DNA of 64,000 nt. Source: Anolis carolinensis. Taxonomy: Eukaryota. How positions within the stretch are numbered: position 1 is the stretch's first letter; each line of letters opens with the position of its first letter. Where the stretch lies: contig NC_085841.1 of assembly GCF_035594765.1 (NCBI RefSeq), positions 344,481,402-344,545,401 of the forward strand, read 5' to 3'. A program made the position numbers and the translations under genes. Positions 11,300 through 22,931 of this stretch are shown here, piece after piece. A model generated the notes under the pieces. The model was not told where the DNA came from, ran no database searches, and saw only the letters and a program-made list of their open reading frames with translations.

Positions 11300-11494
11300 C
11301 TAATTGCACACTTTACACCTGTTTAACAGACAATGATTCTTTTCTTCTACCCTGTACATTCCACAGGTATATATATTCCACTTGCCTTACTATCATCAGA
11401 TCCTCTGAAGATGCTAGCCACAGATGCAGGCGAAACGTCAGGAGAAAATGCTGCTAGAACATGGTCATACAGCCCAGAAATCAAATAACACCCC
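11300..11494 (+). mobile_element. Penelope-like element terminal repeat
   Basis: acattccacaggtatatata...ctgaagatgctagccacagatgcaggcgaaacgtcaggagaaaatgctgctagaacatgg. Confidence 0.88.
11401..11443 (+). ncRNA. Minimal type I hammerhead ribozyme motif (Penelope-associated)
   Basis: Stem I TCCT/AGGA, CTGAAGA at 11405-11411, stem II GCTAGC/GCAGGC, GAAA at 11432-11435, GTC cleavage triplet ending at 11439. Confidence 0.7.
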
Positions 11495-12149
11495 ACGAAT
11501 GACAAAACCCATCTCCCTGAAGATGATTGTGAAGTAAGAATAAAAGGCTGAGTTGCTATGAGGCAAAGTGAGATAATATTTTTCAGGTGGAAACTAGATA
11601 TGGTGATCCAATGCAGTTTTACATTTAGTATGAACATTACATAAATCCAGGCTTTAAAAAAACTCTTTTAAGTTTGCTATTTGTTATTTTGGAGAAGTGA
11701 TTTGCACCCAATATTTCATGAAGCCTACAGCACAAGTGGAGAAGTAGGTGACAAAAGGCATGGAGTATGTTTTCATGTGATGCTATAGTCATCTCTTGAT
11801 TCATTCTTGTTTTGTCGGGTAGCATGAGCATGAGCTGTCCACAAGGGATGGGAAGCAGAAATAAACTTTTGTTTCTTTGTTTGTCTGTTTAAAAAGCTAC
11901 AGGCCTGTGGACAAACATGGAAAGACTTCTATTTCTTCCATTATTTTGGAAGGAAAGAGCACATGGCTTAGATTTTGAGGTGTGGTCCACATTTCTTGCA
12001 GGCATACCTTCTGTAAGTTATTTAAGAGATTCTTATTCCCTACAATGTCTGGGCTTTAGAAAGTCACAAACAGGAAAAAAAAAGATGCCCCACTTTATTT
12101 CTGCCCTGTTGCTTTTAAATATTGTGTTTAAGTGTTTTTTTCTGAGTAA

Positions 12150-12425
12150 GGGATCCACGGCAGGCTCACCTGGACCCCATCTGCTCCTTTATTTCACCAT
12201 CAGGCAAATACCATTTTATTTAGGCAGGCCTTTGGCTCTTAAGTTACTGTGGCAGACTTTATTGAAGCGTGTTAAGCTTTTACCCTTTTTTATATTATCA
12301 CATGCTTTAAAATTGGTTTAATTTAGTGTTTTTAATATAATTGTCTATTTAATGTTTTTTAGACATTTGCATAAAATAGATTTTAGCCGCACTATATTTT
12401 CGTTGGTTGTAAGCCACTCTGGGAC
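12150..12425 (+). mobile_element. L2 LINE 3' fragment
   Basis: Decayed ORF2 end (tttatttaggcaggcctttg), T-rich 3' UTR, ttgtaagccactctggg. Confidence 0.55.
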
Positions 12426-12781
12426 AGATGACTCCAATTCTTACTTCAAGGGAGGGCTAATTTGATGGATTCAGCTCCATATATTATGGTCTGTGTGCTT
12501 CCCTTTTGCTGTTGTGCATTTTCGAAATTCCACAAAGGGATGCCCAGTTCCTGTGGTTTAATACCATTGTTTTAGAGGGGAAAACACACTTTCAGAAGTG
12601 CTAGTCTCCTTTAAAATGTTGGGAAATATAGGAGATAGTTGTAGATTACTCAATCTCATCAAATTGGCAAGGAGGAAAGTGAACAATCATCCCCATGCCC
12701 ATCCATCTATCCACAAGTAGTGAAAGAAACAATCTTTGTGAAACATATAAAGTAGCTTCACCTGCTAATATTGGTCTACAG

Positions 12782-12916
12782 CAGTAGTTCTCAACTTGTG
12801 GGTCCCCAGGTGGTTTGGCCTATAACTCCCAGAAATCCCAGCCAGTTTACCAGCTGTTAGGATTTCTGGGAGTTAAAGGCTAAAACATCTGGGAACCCAT
12901 AGATTGAGAACCACTG
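12782..12916. mobile_element. 135-bp hAT (Charlie-like) MITE
   Basis: TIRs CAGT(A)GTTCTCAAC...TTGAGAACCACTG; TSD GTCTACAG/CTCTATAG. Confidence 0.9.
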
Positions 12917-12964
12917 CTCTATAGTCAACATATGGTCTACTCTAATGCAAGAGAGAGGAGGGAG

Positions 12965-13110
12965 ATAATAATAATAAACTTTATTTATACCCCACCACCA
13001 TCTCCCAGAGGGACTTGGGGTGGCTCGCAAAGCATTCAGTGTGCCAACACACAAAATACAAAATGTGCAGAAACAATAACAGCCAACATAGACATTACAC
13101 ATCACAAAAC
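12965..13110 (-). mobile_element. 3' end of an L2 or L2-dependent SINE
   Basis: tttatttataccccaccaccatctcccagagggacttggggtggctc terminal stem-loop. Confidence 0.65.
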
Positions 13111-13239
13111 CTGCCTTGCTAAGATAAGTAAAATAGGTGAGTGATGTAGAAAGAAAATGGTTGAGATAAAGGAAACAGGATGTCTGTAATCATGTAGAAA
13201 GGTAATTTTTGAGTAGAGTAGGCTTGGGGTGCTGGACCC

Positions 13240-13702
13240 TCACAAATATGGAAAAAACACAAATAAAAATTGATTTCTAGGAATCTTGAGGACCTCCAGG
13301 GTGACTACAGTATTTGGCCAACTTCTCCCAGAGATTCTGCCAGAAGTTGACTGTAGAATTGTCTGGAAGGCCTACAAATGTGTTGTTGAAGGCTTTCATG
13401 GCCAGAATCACAGGATTGTTGTGAGTTTTCCAGGCTGTATGGCCATGTTCCAGAAGCATTCTCTCCTTCTGTTTCGCCCACATTTATGACAGGCATCCTC
13501 AGAGGTTGTGAGGTATAAGGTTGCGAGACTTACAAATGCCTGGAAGTCCCTCTAGGCAAATCTAGGTCCTTCAGCATGTCTATACTGTCACTGTCCACCT
13601 GAAGAGTCACACTGAAGGGCCTAGAAATCCCTAGAGAGAATATGGTAAACAAATAGCAAATAAACACAGTAGTTAAACCTGTAAATGGTAAGGTCTGATT
13701 GT
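13240..13702. mobile_element. Old Tc1/mariner (Tigger-like) non-autonomous element split by Penelope
   Basis: Internal repeats ctaggtcc(t)tcag...ctgaagggcctagaaa; ends ...ggtctgattg followed by TA. Confidence 0.5.
13381..13530 (-). mobile_element. Penelope-like fragment
   Basis: tgttgttgaaggctttcatggccagaatcac...gcatcctcagagg; TSD TACAAATG at 13373-13380 and 13531-13538. Confidence 0.85.
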
Positions 13703-13979
13703 ATAGGCAAGGAGAGGTCACAAACTTAGAAAAACCAGGTTTGGCAACTTCTGTGGGATGTTTCAAACAAAAATAGGGGTTTGAAGTACTCTTTTTACTT
13801 TTTTTTGCAATATAGTTTTTATTTATTTCTTAAAGATAAGGATACATCGAAAGTGGGGGAACAGACTAGATAGTGGAGAATAGTAGGAAAAAAGAGTAAG
13901 TGAAGGAAGGACAGAGAGAGAAAAATGACAATAGGATAAAACACACACACACATACGTACGTACATATATATATATATA

Positions 13980-14203
13980 CTAGCTTTGCCCGGCCACGTG
14001 TTGCTGTGGCTTATGAGAATCCTTTGTTGGCCAGGTGGAGTAGCAGTGAATAGCCTTACAGTCTCAAAGCCTGGCCGTTTTCTGGGATAGCTGGAGCTTT
14101 TTGTTGTATGAACATAGAGGCATGGATGAGGGGTTGTGTTGCCAAGTTTAGTGTTTCTGGGATGTGTAGTTTTGTTGTTTTGTCCTAGGCTGAAATTTCA
14201 TTA

Positions 14204-14248
<45 letters not shown>
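13980..14248 (-). mobile_element. Non-autonomous Helitron
   Basis: 3' CTAG at 13980-13983 next to hairpin gccacgtgttgctgtggc; 5' end in a (TA)n tract; no TSD. Confidence 0.8.
14206..14248. repeat. (TA)n microsatellite
   Basis: Directly visible. Confidence 0.97.
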
Positions 14249-14251
<3 letters not shown>

Positions 14252-15391
14252 ATAAGAGGAGAGAAAAAATAAAAATAAAGGGGGGGGGAGTGGTGCTTTG
14301 ACTTCCCATCCATGCTTCGAAGACTTTCCTTTCATTTTCTTCGACAGTTTCTTTCATTTATTCTAGCCTCCATCTTTTTATTTGTTTTTATATGCAAGAC
14401 AGATTTATCATGAAGTTCATTCTTCTTTCTCTTAAGAAAGTTACAACTTTTGTCCAATCTTTTTTATTCTTCCCTTCTCTTATCTTTTGTGTCAGTATAT
14501 CCATGTGCATAATATCCATTTGAAGTACTCTTATTACTGAATTTCAATAACATGGCAACAGCAATTCATAGGCAGCAGGGCCTATGAACTGACATTGCCT
14601 ATCTCTATTCTTATTCTTCCAAACTGACAAAAATTTTTTTGACATTCAACCTCATTGATCTTCTCTCAAAATGATGCCAAATCTACTAATATAGGGGGTT
14701 TTGCCCAATAACCGATTAAAACCTTTCAAGAGAATTGCACTTGTGTGGCTTGGCTGGTTACTATGGCTCATAGAATTCCACGCTGAAGCTTAATTAATCA
14801 TGTGTTCTGGTGCTGCCAATTTCTCATACATTTTGCCACCTGGGAAAAGGTGGCAAGGTCACTGTGTGGGCTAGAACTCCCAATTTAAACCCTTTTAGCA
14901 CTTAGATGTTGTGAGGCTTATAGAATCATTTCATATATAAATGACACAGCTAAATATTCCTTTAGCTCTATTAACATAAAATTAAAGGGCTTTTTTTCCT
15001 TAGGAGATAATTAGTTGATACCCCATTGAAGTTCTAATTTATTTCCAAAGAAAAGCCTGTAATTGGACATTGTTCTTACTCAAATGCAGAAGAATTCTCA
15101 TGTGTAAGTGGCTGTTTTCACACAGACATAGCTAAGGATGCTTTAGCTGGTATGAACTTATTTTCAGCTTACATTTGGCAAGTCACTGTTGCCACCATGC
15201 AGACTTCATATAATGAGGCCAAAACCAATATTTATGCTCTTCAGACCCTCCAAATCATTTGATAGATGAGAAAGAAATTAAGTGGTAATTTAAGTGGTAA
15301 ATTAAGTGATTGAGAATGCATTGCCACACTGTCATATTGTGGGCATGCCAGCACTTGGACCAGAACTTGGATGCATTACCATTGCCTAGAG

Positions 15392-15526
15392 CAGTGGTTC
15401 TTAACCTGTGGTCCCCAGATTTTTTTGGCCTACAACTCCCAGAAATCCCAGCCAGTTTACCAGCTGTTAGGATTTCTGGGAGTTGAAGGCCAAAAACATC
15501 TGGGGACCCCAGGTTGAGAACCACTA
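15392..15526. mobile_element. 135-bp hAT MITE
   Basis: TIRs; perfect 8-bp TSD GCCTAGAG at 15384-15391 and 15527-15534. Confidence 0.95.
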
Positions 15527-15537
15527 GCCTAGAGGAT

Positions 15538-15728
15538 GTTTATTTATTTATTTTATTTATTATTCAAACTTATATGCGGCCACTTCCCTAGGGCTCGAGG
15601 CAGCTTACAAGAACAGGTTAGAATCTAAAACAATTTAAAAATAGCAGTAACAGAAATCAAAAGCCTGCTGAAACAGGTGTGTCTTACATGCCCTGTGAAA
15701 GGCTAATAAGTCCCGTAAGGCACAGACT
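15538..15728 (-). mobile_element. L2 LINE 3' fragment
   Basis: (TTTA)n tail, gggctcgaggcagcttaca, aaagcctgctgaaacaggtgtgtctt ORF2 end. Confidence 0.7.
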
Positions 15729-16749
15729 TATTGGAAGTTGTAGTTCAGAAAGGGTTTTGCATTTTTGATTTGGATATCAAATAACCAGAAGAAATGATAA
15801 TTTTCAGCAACTAGATTGATCAAGTTGATTTTATTGTGTATTGTATTATGAAGTCTTTAGATGCTACACAGGAACTATATTAATAGATAGTTAAATTTTC
15901 TGTGTATTGGACACCAGGACTAGGTGAAAATGATACACAGTTGTCATAAACATTTGTATCTTTGTCTAAATTCGTCCTTCCCTGCTTGGTAGTTTTTGCT
16001 AATTGATTTGAAAAGGGACAAGAGAACTGATTAATTTGGAAAGTGCTGCTCCCTTTCAGGTTGCGCTTCATTTTCTTGGAGTAACTTCAGCATCTGGTGA
16101 AATCTGATTAGCTCCTTGATGTTGCAATGCCCCATCGTACTTTGTGGAAGGAACTAGTGAAGGATGAGATCAGTAGTTTTCCTAGGGTTGGTTTCACCCA
16201 ACTCATGGTATCAATTTCCTCCTATATCAGATCATGCCACTATAATGTAGATATAAATTAACAAAAACAGCAACCACACACATATAAATGCACCCACACA
16301 CAAAATAAAAACAACAAAACATGCTTGTAGTGTCTGCAGATGAAATTATATGATTTGTAGTACCACATGACGCTACATGATTTGTAGTATCACTTTAAAT
16401 TGGGGAATAATGTCAGTGCAGACTGGAGCTCACACTCATGTGCATGAGAAGGTTCAAAAAAGTAAGTTTGCACAAAGTTTTAGCCTTATGTATTGGTACA
16501 GTACATTCGAGTTGGACTTATCAAAAATGCTCTTATGGTTATATCTAATTACAGTACAGGGATTTTTTTATTTAAAAATAATTACTGTCTGCTGAAACTG
16601 CACAGAAATGTTATAAACAGTTATTTGGGTGTTATCCACTCAGACTAGTGTCACTTGCTATGGTTTGCACTCCCCTCACTTCTCTAGTGACACCACTGGA
16701 TGGACTTCATACTACTTTCCCTGAGGAGGGACTTACACTATTTTATCCT

Positions 16750-17080
16750 AGGTAAAGGTAAAGGTTTCCCCTGACGTTAATTCCAGTCATGTCTGACTCT
16801 GGGGGTTGGTGCTCATCTCCATTTCTAAGACGAAGAGCCGGTGTTGTCCGTAGACACCTCCAAGGTCATGTGGCTGGCATGGCTGCATGGAGTGCCGTTA
16901 CTTTCCCGCCGGAGCAGTACCTATTGATCTACTCACATTTGCATTTTTTTGAACTGCTAGGTTGGCAGGAGCTGGAGCTAACAGTGGGAGCTCAAGCCGC
17001 TCCAGGGATTTGAACCTGGGACCTTTCGGTCTGCAAGTTCAGCAGCTCAGTGCTTTAACGCACTTCACCATCGGGGCTCC
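16750..17080 (-). mobile_element. Sauria SINE, full length
   Basis: aggtaaaggtaaagg tail to ggggctcc head; TSD TATCCTA. Confidence 0.95.
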
Positions 17081-18446
17081 ATATCCTATACCTTCCCAAA
17101 AAAAGGATGTAGTCCTTATACTACTATCACCCTCAGAAGATTGGCTTTTTGCTTCTACACCCGTGCAGAAACCAAAGGACATGGAAGCAAAAAACATGGT
17201 TGACTCCTTCATAGAGAGATGGTTTAATGGGTGAGGAATTATTTGAAGGTCTTGGTTTCTGTCTGAGGAAAATCTGTCTTCACTTTTTCTGATTGGATTT
17301 GACCTGATCAGAAGAGATTTGGCCCATCTAGAAGGACTTTCTCTATCTAAATATGCCTAGTATTTTCTCTTACAGGGGAGTAAGGTAAAGGGTTTAGGAG
17401 AAAACAAAAATCATGGAATCACTGTATGTTTAACTGCAGGTACCAAAGCATTCCTTATCAGGTTCTTACTTTTCTTTTAAAAATACTGAGGTCCTTGGCT
17501 GTATCATCTCTGGTGATTCACTCAGAAGCTATTCCTCAGTTTTTTTTTTATATACAGTGCAGTCAGTCCCTCAAAAGACCAGGATGAATATTTTATGCAT
17601 GAAATGTTTCCTGTACAGTAGTAACATAATAAGAAGAGACATTTTATTAGTTTGCGCACGCAAGAAGAATAGTTTACAGAAACAGGACGTATGTGACCAC
17701 TTGTAGTAAAATACTTTTATGGACAGTGGATTTCAGCCTTTTGGTTCTCCTTTTAAAATTCTATCCCCACACTTTTTAGTTTTTGCCAAACCTCTGTCTG
17801 CAAAGTAGCACCCCACTTTGGTCTTCTCTCTCCCCCTCCCCGTTGCCCATGCATATCTTGAGCAGAAAGTAACCCATGTGGAAAGACACCGAGCAGAGAG
17901 CTACAGCTGTTGCCACTTATGCTCCAGAGCACAATTTTAGGAATTAATGGCTTCTAATCCTGAAAATAATATAGATACAGAATGGTGTGAGATTCCAAGC
18001 TGCCAAGATGAAGTCTCTTGCTCTTACTTCATAAATATGTTTATAAGAGTATGCCCTAATCTCTTAATGGCAAGAAAAAGCTGCTGAGATCCCATTCTGA
18101 ACTGAAAGCTCAAGTTGGCAGTGGATGGGAACTCTTTACTGACACTGTCTGAGAATACCTCTTGATTTAAATACTAGGGGAGACAATTAAAAGAGGCAGA
18201 TAAACACTTTTTCTGCTCTTGCCATTCAAAATTGATTGACTCATAAATAGTTGTTGCTATGAATGAATTTAACGCCTTTGGTTCAAAAATTATATGGCAC
18301 TGCCAAAGACTATTTCATTGATCACCTTTGTGTATATTTCTAAAGTATTTAAATAATTTCACAACAGAGACACCTGCCTTCTCCAACATGATGTCCTCTA
18401 GGTTGCTAGACTACAACTCATAGACAGTTTATGCAAGTTGTAGTTC

Positions 18447-18766
18447 AAGTGAGAGAAATCTACCCCTTGGGAGGAAAATTCACTCCTGAAAAAAAGAATT
18501 AACATGGAGAAAAGGTGTTTCAAATCAAAGCATTATCACCAATCTTTGTTTGACAACAAGCCAAATTTTTCAAAATCCAGCTATCACAGGGATAGAAAGT
18601 GAGGTGAAATCTTTTGAACAGGGTCACAAACAGCAAAGCAAACATCACGGGGGTGCAAGCCCTTCCCTATGCTATCTAAAGCATTATATCTATATCTGGA
18701 GTTACACTTAAAATGTAAAGAACAAATCAACAGAATTTATCTTGTTTGTATCTTGGGGACTGCCTG
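18447..18766. mobile_element. Tc1/mariner (Tigger-like) MITE, right part
   Basis: Ends ttggggactgcctg followed by TA; homologous to 36002-36634. Confidence 0.75.
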
Positions 18767-18799
18767 TATATGAATCAACAACTGGTAAATATGTAAAAA

Positions 18800-19092
18800 A
18801 GGTAAAGGTAAAGGTTTTCCCCTGACTTTAAGTGTAGTTGTGTCTGACTCTGCAGGTTAGTGCTCATCTCCATTTCTAAGCTGAAGAGCTGGCGTTGTCC
18901 GTAGCCACCTCCAAGGTCATGTGGCCGGCATGACTGCATAGAATGCCATTACCTTCCCACCAGAGCGGTACCTATTGGCCTACTCACATTTCCATGTTTT
19001 CAAACTGCTAGGTTGGTAGAAGCTGAGGCTTACAGTGGGAGCTTATCCCCCTCATTGGATTTGAAACACCGACCTTTCAGTCAGCAAGCTCT
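18800..19092 (-). mobile_element. Sauria SINE, slightly 5'-truncated
   Basis: Tail and body match the other copies. Confidence 0.93.
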
Positions 19093-19352
19093 CCCAAAGT
19101 CAGCCACCTATAAATATCTCAGCAACTATTATAAGTCCCCTTTGCTTGCAACACTTCAATCTCCGTGACTAGCAGTGCTTATGAAATTTGTGTTTTTCTT
19201 GGCAATATTGACTTCCAATCTCACTAACTTTGATATTTCTTTCTCTCCCCTTTTTATTACTGATTATATGGACTTCTGGGCTAGCCAAAACCTTGCTTCT
19301 GCTCCTTCACTTATCTTCCTACAGTAGGTTAGCTGTCCATAATCTGAACCAG

Positions 19353-19635
19353 ATTTATTTATTTATTTATTTATTTCCAGAATTTATACCCCGCCCTTCT
19401 CACCCGGGGGGACTCAGGGCGGCTTACACAGTTGGCAACATTCAATGCCAAGAACACAACAATAAAACAAAAACAATACACACAATCAATTAAAACTATA
19501 AAAATACATCATTAAAATACATTATAAAAATTAAAACATATGTAAATTAGCTCCATTTGTCTAAAAACCTCATGCTTCAGCCTTCAATTGGACCATGTCC
19601 ACGTTATCATATTACTCGTTAAAAACTTGTGCTTG
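19353..19635 (-). mobile_element. L2 LINE 3' end
   Basis: (ATTT)n tail, ccccgcccttctcacccggggggactcagggcggcttaca. Confidence 0.8.
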
Positions 19636-19697
19636 AATTATAAGTAGATTTTTCTTCCACAATTACATGTGATTCTGGGTACTTTAGGCCTGTAGGA

Positions 19698-19779
19698 ATA
19701 GAATCATAGAATCATAGAATCATAGAGTTGAAAAAGACCTCATGGGCCATCCAGTCCAACCCCTTGCCGAGAAGCAGGA
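19698..19779 (-). mobile_element. CR1 3' tail
   Basis: (ATCATAGA)n octamer repeats plus gggccatccagtccaacccc. Confidence 0.88.
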
Positions 19780-20729
19780 CTTCTTTGTAAAGAACATGAA
19801 TTTGTAATGTTACTATTCTATCTTTAGCACAATGGGCCATATTTAAAGATAGAAACATTTTCTAATATTTTGCTGTAAATGAGCAACTAAAAACAAGTTT
19901 AAACATTTTAACCCAACTAAAAATTCCGTTACTATTTTGACAACATCTATTAGATGTAATACTACAACCCAATTGCCTGACCAATAACCAGAAGTACAGT
20001 AATGCATTTATGAATAACCAAAATAGTGGCTGTGATGACAAGGGGTCTATTGCTGAAAACCCACTGTTATTGATAGACCCAACTTCAGTAGATCTGTTGA
20101 ATCTATGAGAAACAACACACACAATTGAGTCAATGGCTTTACTTTATATGGGGCTACCAATAGGATTCAGACTGGCATTATTTATAATTGATTACATCAC
20201 TCTCAAATTGGAAAAGGGTCTTCATATTTAACTGGATGATTTTCATGATGTTTTCAGTTTCCTGAACTGGACAGAATTGCTAAACAGTACTAACAGTTCT
20301 CTTTAGGTGCAACCCCATCTATAAAGAGATGGTAGTGTGACTATATTCGATCATTGCCGTTATCCTTGGCTTTGACCATTGCAGCTTTTATACTCTGCAT
20401 TAATTTCCCTTCACCCTTGAAAGCAACACCATCACTTTGTGGCTTTATAATATGGACATACTATGACATGAGGCTGTCAAGCCTTTTTAACCATCATTAA
20501 AATCTGCCCCCGAGGGATATTTTCAATCAGACCGCATTACAGTCAGTATGGACTTTGTATTTGCATTTTGAAACTTCACTAGCTTGTCAGAGACAAGCAT
20601 CAGAAATTAGCTTCTTGTAACGTTTGTGGTCTGTTTTGATAATTTGTTCCATTGGCATTTCTTTCATTTTAGAATAACCATACATCCACACTGAGCTTAT
20701 GTGTAAGTGTGTGCAAGATTGGGATCAGC

Positions 20730-21197
20730 TTGGATGCTTTTCCACTACAGTACAATTGTAGCACTCTGATTTCACTTTAATTGCCATGGCAACATCCAAT
20801 GCGTTCTAGGCTTTGTAGTTTGACAAAACACTAGAGCTCTCTTGCTGGATAATGTGGATTATCTTCTTTAATAATCTGATTATATGGCAGTGTAGATCCA
20901 GACCCCTTCTACACTGCCATATAAAATCCAGATGATCTGCTTTGAATTGGATTATAAGACAGTGAAGACTCATATAATCCAGTTCAAAACAGATAATGTG
21001 GATTATCTGCTTTGATAATCTGGATTATATTGCAGTGTAGAAGGGGCATTCTCAGGGCCCTTCAAGACAGGCCCAAAACATGGGAACTATCTCACTTCTA
21101 CCCATGGTTTGGGTTGGGAGTTGGGACACAAACCCAGGAGGAAACGGATTAAAATAACCCACCTCCTCTTGGGTTTCTGCCTTGTCTGGAAGGGCCT
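20730..21197. mobile_element. Cluster of Harbinger-type MITEs (about 20730-20850, 20867-20899, 20901-21048, 21055-21197)
   Basis: TIRs gaccccttctacactgc/gcagtgtagaaggggc and gggcccttcaagacagg/cttgtctggaagggcc; 3-bp TSD TCA around 21055-21197. Confidence 0.8.
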
Positions 21198-21302
21198 TCA
21201 CACATCTCATCAACTGACTGGAGATGTGAATTGCTTTGGTGGGAGGGCTTGATTTATGTGGAGATTTTACTTTGCCTTAACATCTCTAATAAATGCCTAA
21301 TA

Positions 21303-22050
21303 CTGGTTGAGTACCCTCTATGCAAAATGCTTGAGACCAGGAGTGTTTTTTGAGGGAGTGTACTTATATTGAATTATATTTACATAATGAACAGGGACAA
21401 GTTTAAACATAAAATTAATGCATACATACATATGCACAGCAGGTTACACCACCAGCTGCTGTAAATCTTGTCAATCAAGAGGTTGACAGTTCAAAGCCCA
21501 GGTCAGGGTGAGCTTCTGGCCTTTTAGCCCAGTTTCTGCCTACCTAGAGGTTCGAAAGCAAATTGTAAGTAGATAAATAGGTACCGCTTAAAGGCAGTGA
21601 GGTATTTTAAGGCACCCATAAGGAAAATGCCAGAAAAATGTTGGCGATTTGATCAAGGAGGAAGTTTATGAACAAAGCTCTTCAGCAGGGAGATGGAGAG
21701 ACAGCACCCCCCCCCCCCCCGGGTGGCCAGAACCAAGCACAAGCCTTCAAGATGCAGAAGATGGGAAAAGCCCATATATGCTTTACCTCTATTTATGTAC
21801 AATTGTCTGTTTTGTTAGTCTATAAACGGCATTGAACGTCTGCCACATATGTTCTGTGATCCGCCCTGAGTCCCCTTCAGGGTGAGAAGGGCGGAATATA
21901 AATGGTGAAAATAAATAATAATAAATAATGTTATGCAATACATTAAATAATTTCGTTCCTTTAACAAATTTTTTGTACATTGAACCATCAAAAAGCAAAG
22001 GCATCAATATTTCAGCCACCCTAATGTACAATTGTGGAGTAATTTGGATA
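21303..22050. mobile_element. Old Tigger/MER46-like element split by a SINE
   Basis: ctggttgagtaccctctatgcaaaatgcttgagaccag terminus; same family as 32100-32711 in the opposite orientation. Confidence 0.6.
21434..21929 (+). mobile_element. L2-tailed SINE (Anolis SINE 2-like)
   Basis: Sauria-like head and core (gttcgaaag, agtagataaataggtaccgc) plus L2 tail ccgccctgagtccccttcagggtgagaagggcgg(TAAA)n. Confidence 0.85.
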
Positions 22051-22931
22051 GTAAAAAAACCCCTGAAACACGGAAAGTGAAGCTGACAGATTTTCCCAAC
22101 ATGCCCTTCCCAGGCTAGGAGAAAGCCTAACAGTTGCTGTCCCTGTTTGCTTTTTAAAATACACAATATATAAATGAATATATTCATGCAATGTTAAACC
22201 CTTACACTATGCTTCCACAATGGTATGCAACTTATTTAAATGACAGCTCAGGAACTCTAGATTGTTTCTGGAAACTTATGAAGTCTTTATTTTGACCAAA
22301 CATGTTGCAATTATTTATTTTGATGTTCACAGAAGCATACTGTTTACTTTCATATTTTTTTAAAAAATCAAAGCAATTTACAATAAAACCACCACAAGCC
22401 TTCACATTTAGTTTTCAGATGGATATATGTTTTTGTTATATGAAAAAGCATGAGTACCTTTATATAGAGTTGCTTTTAAAAAAAAGTAACAGCTTCTAAA
22501 ACGCAAGACACAATCAGATAGGTCTTATGCATCTTCTAGACAATAAAGTAACCAATTCTTCCTTCCCAAGAAAAATCTTTGATTTAAGAGCTCTTTCTAA
22601 GAATGTGCCATATGAAAGATGCAAATATTTTTATAAGTCAGTGTTTGGCTTTCATACTAATTGTCTGAAGACCAGACTGAATAGCAAGTGGTCTTGCCTG
22701 TCATTGTGAATGCTTCCCACACTTCCTGCAACAGCCAGAATCCATAAAGGTCATGTACCTGGTGTTTCAGTGTCATTGTTACAAAAATAGCCAGCTGCTG
22801 AAAGCTCCTCCAGTGGCCGATATTACTTGCTAGCTTGGACAATCTTTGATTGGGACTCTGTGGAAAGCAAAGATCAGCAGGAGATGACATAGACAATCCA
22901 TCACATGATAAATCCCAGAAGAGTCTTCATA

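Larger units (their letters stand above)
13794..14518 (-). mobile_element. 5'-truncated L1-type LINE (ORF2 C-terminus plus 3' UTR)
   Basis: 14-bp TSD TTTGAAGTACTCTT at 13780-13793 and 14519-14532; poly(T) and polyA signal at left end; MDIMHMDILTQK..DW-like remnant. Confidence 0.8.

Noticed and set aside
16789-17013. Recurrent MSDSGGWCSSPFL ORF family (also 4111, 26192 and 36644)
   Set aside because: Antisense translation of Sauria SINE copies, not a gene family.
20867-21048. CRISPR-like repeated units (ggattat/atccag)
   Set aside because: Internal repeats of Harbinger MITEs in a vertebrate genome; no repeat-spacer structure.
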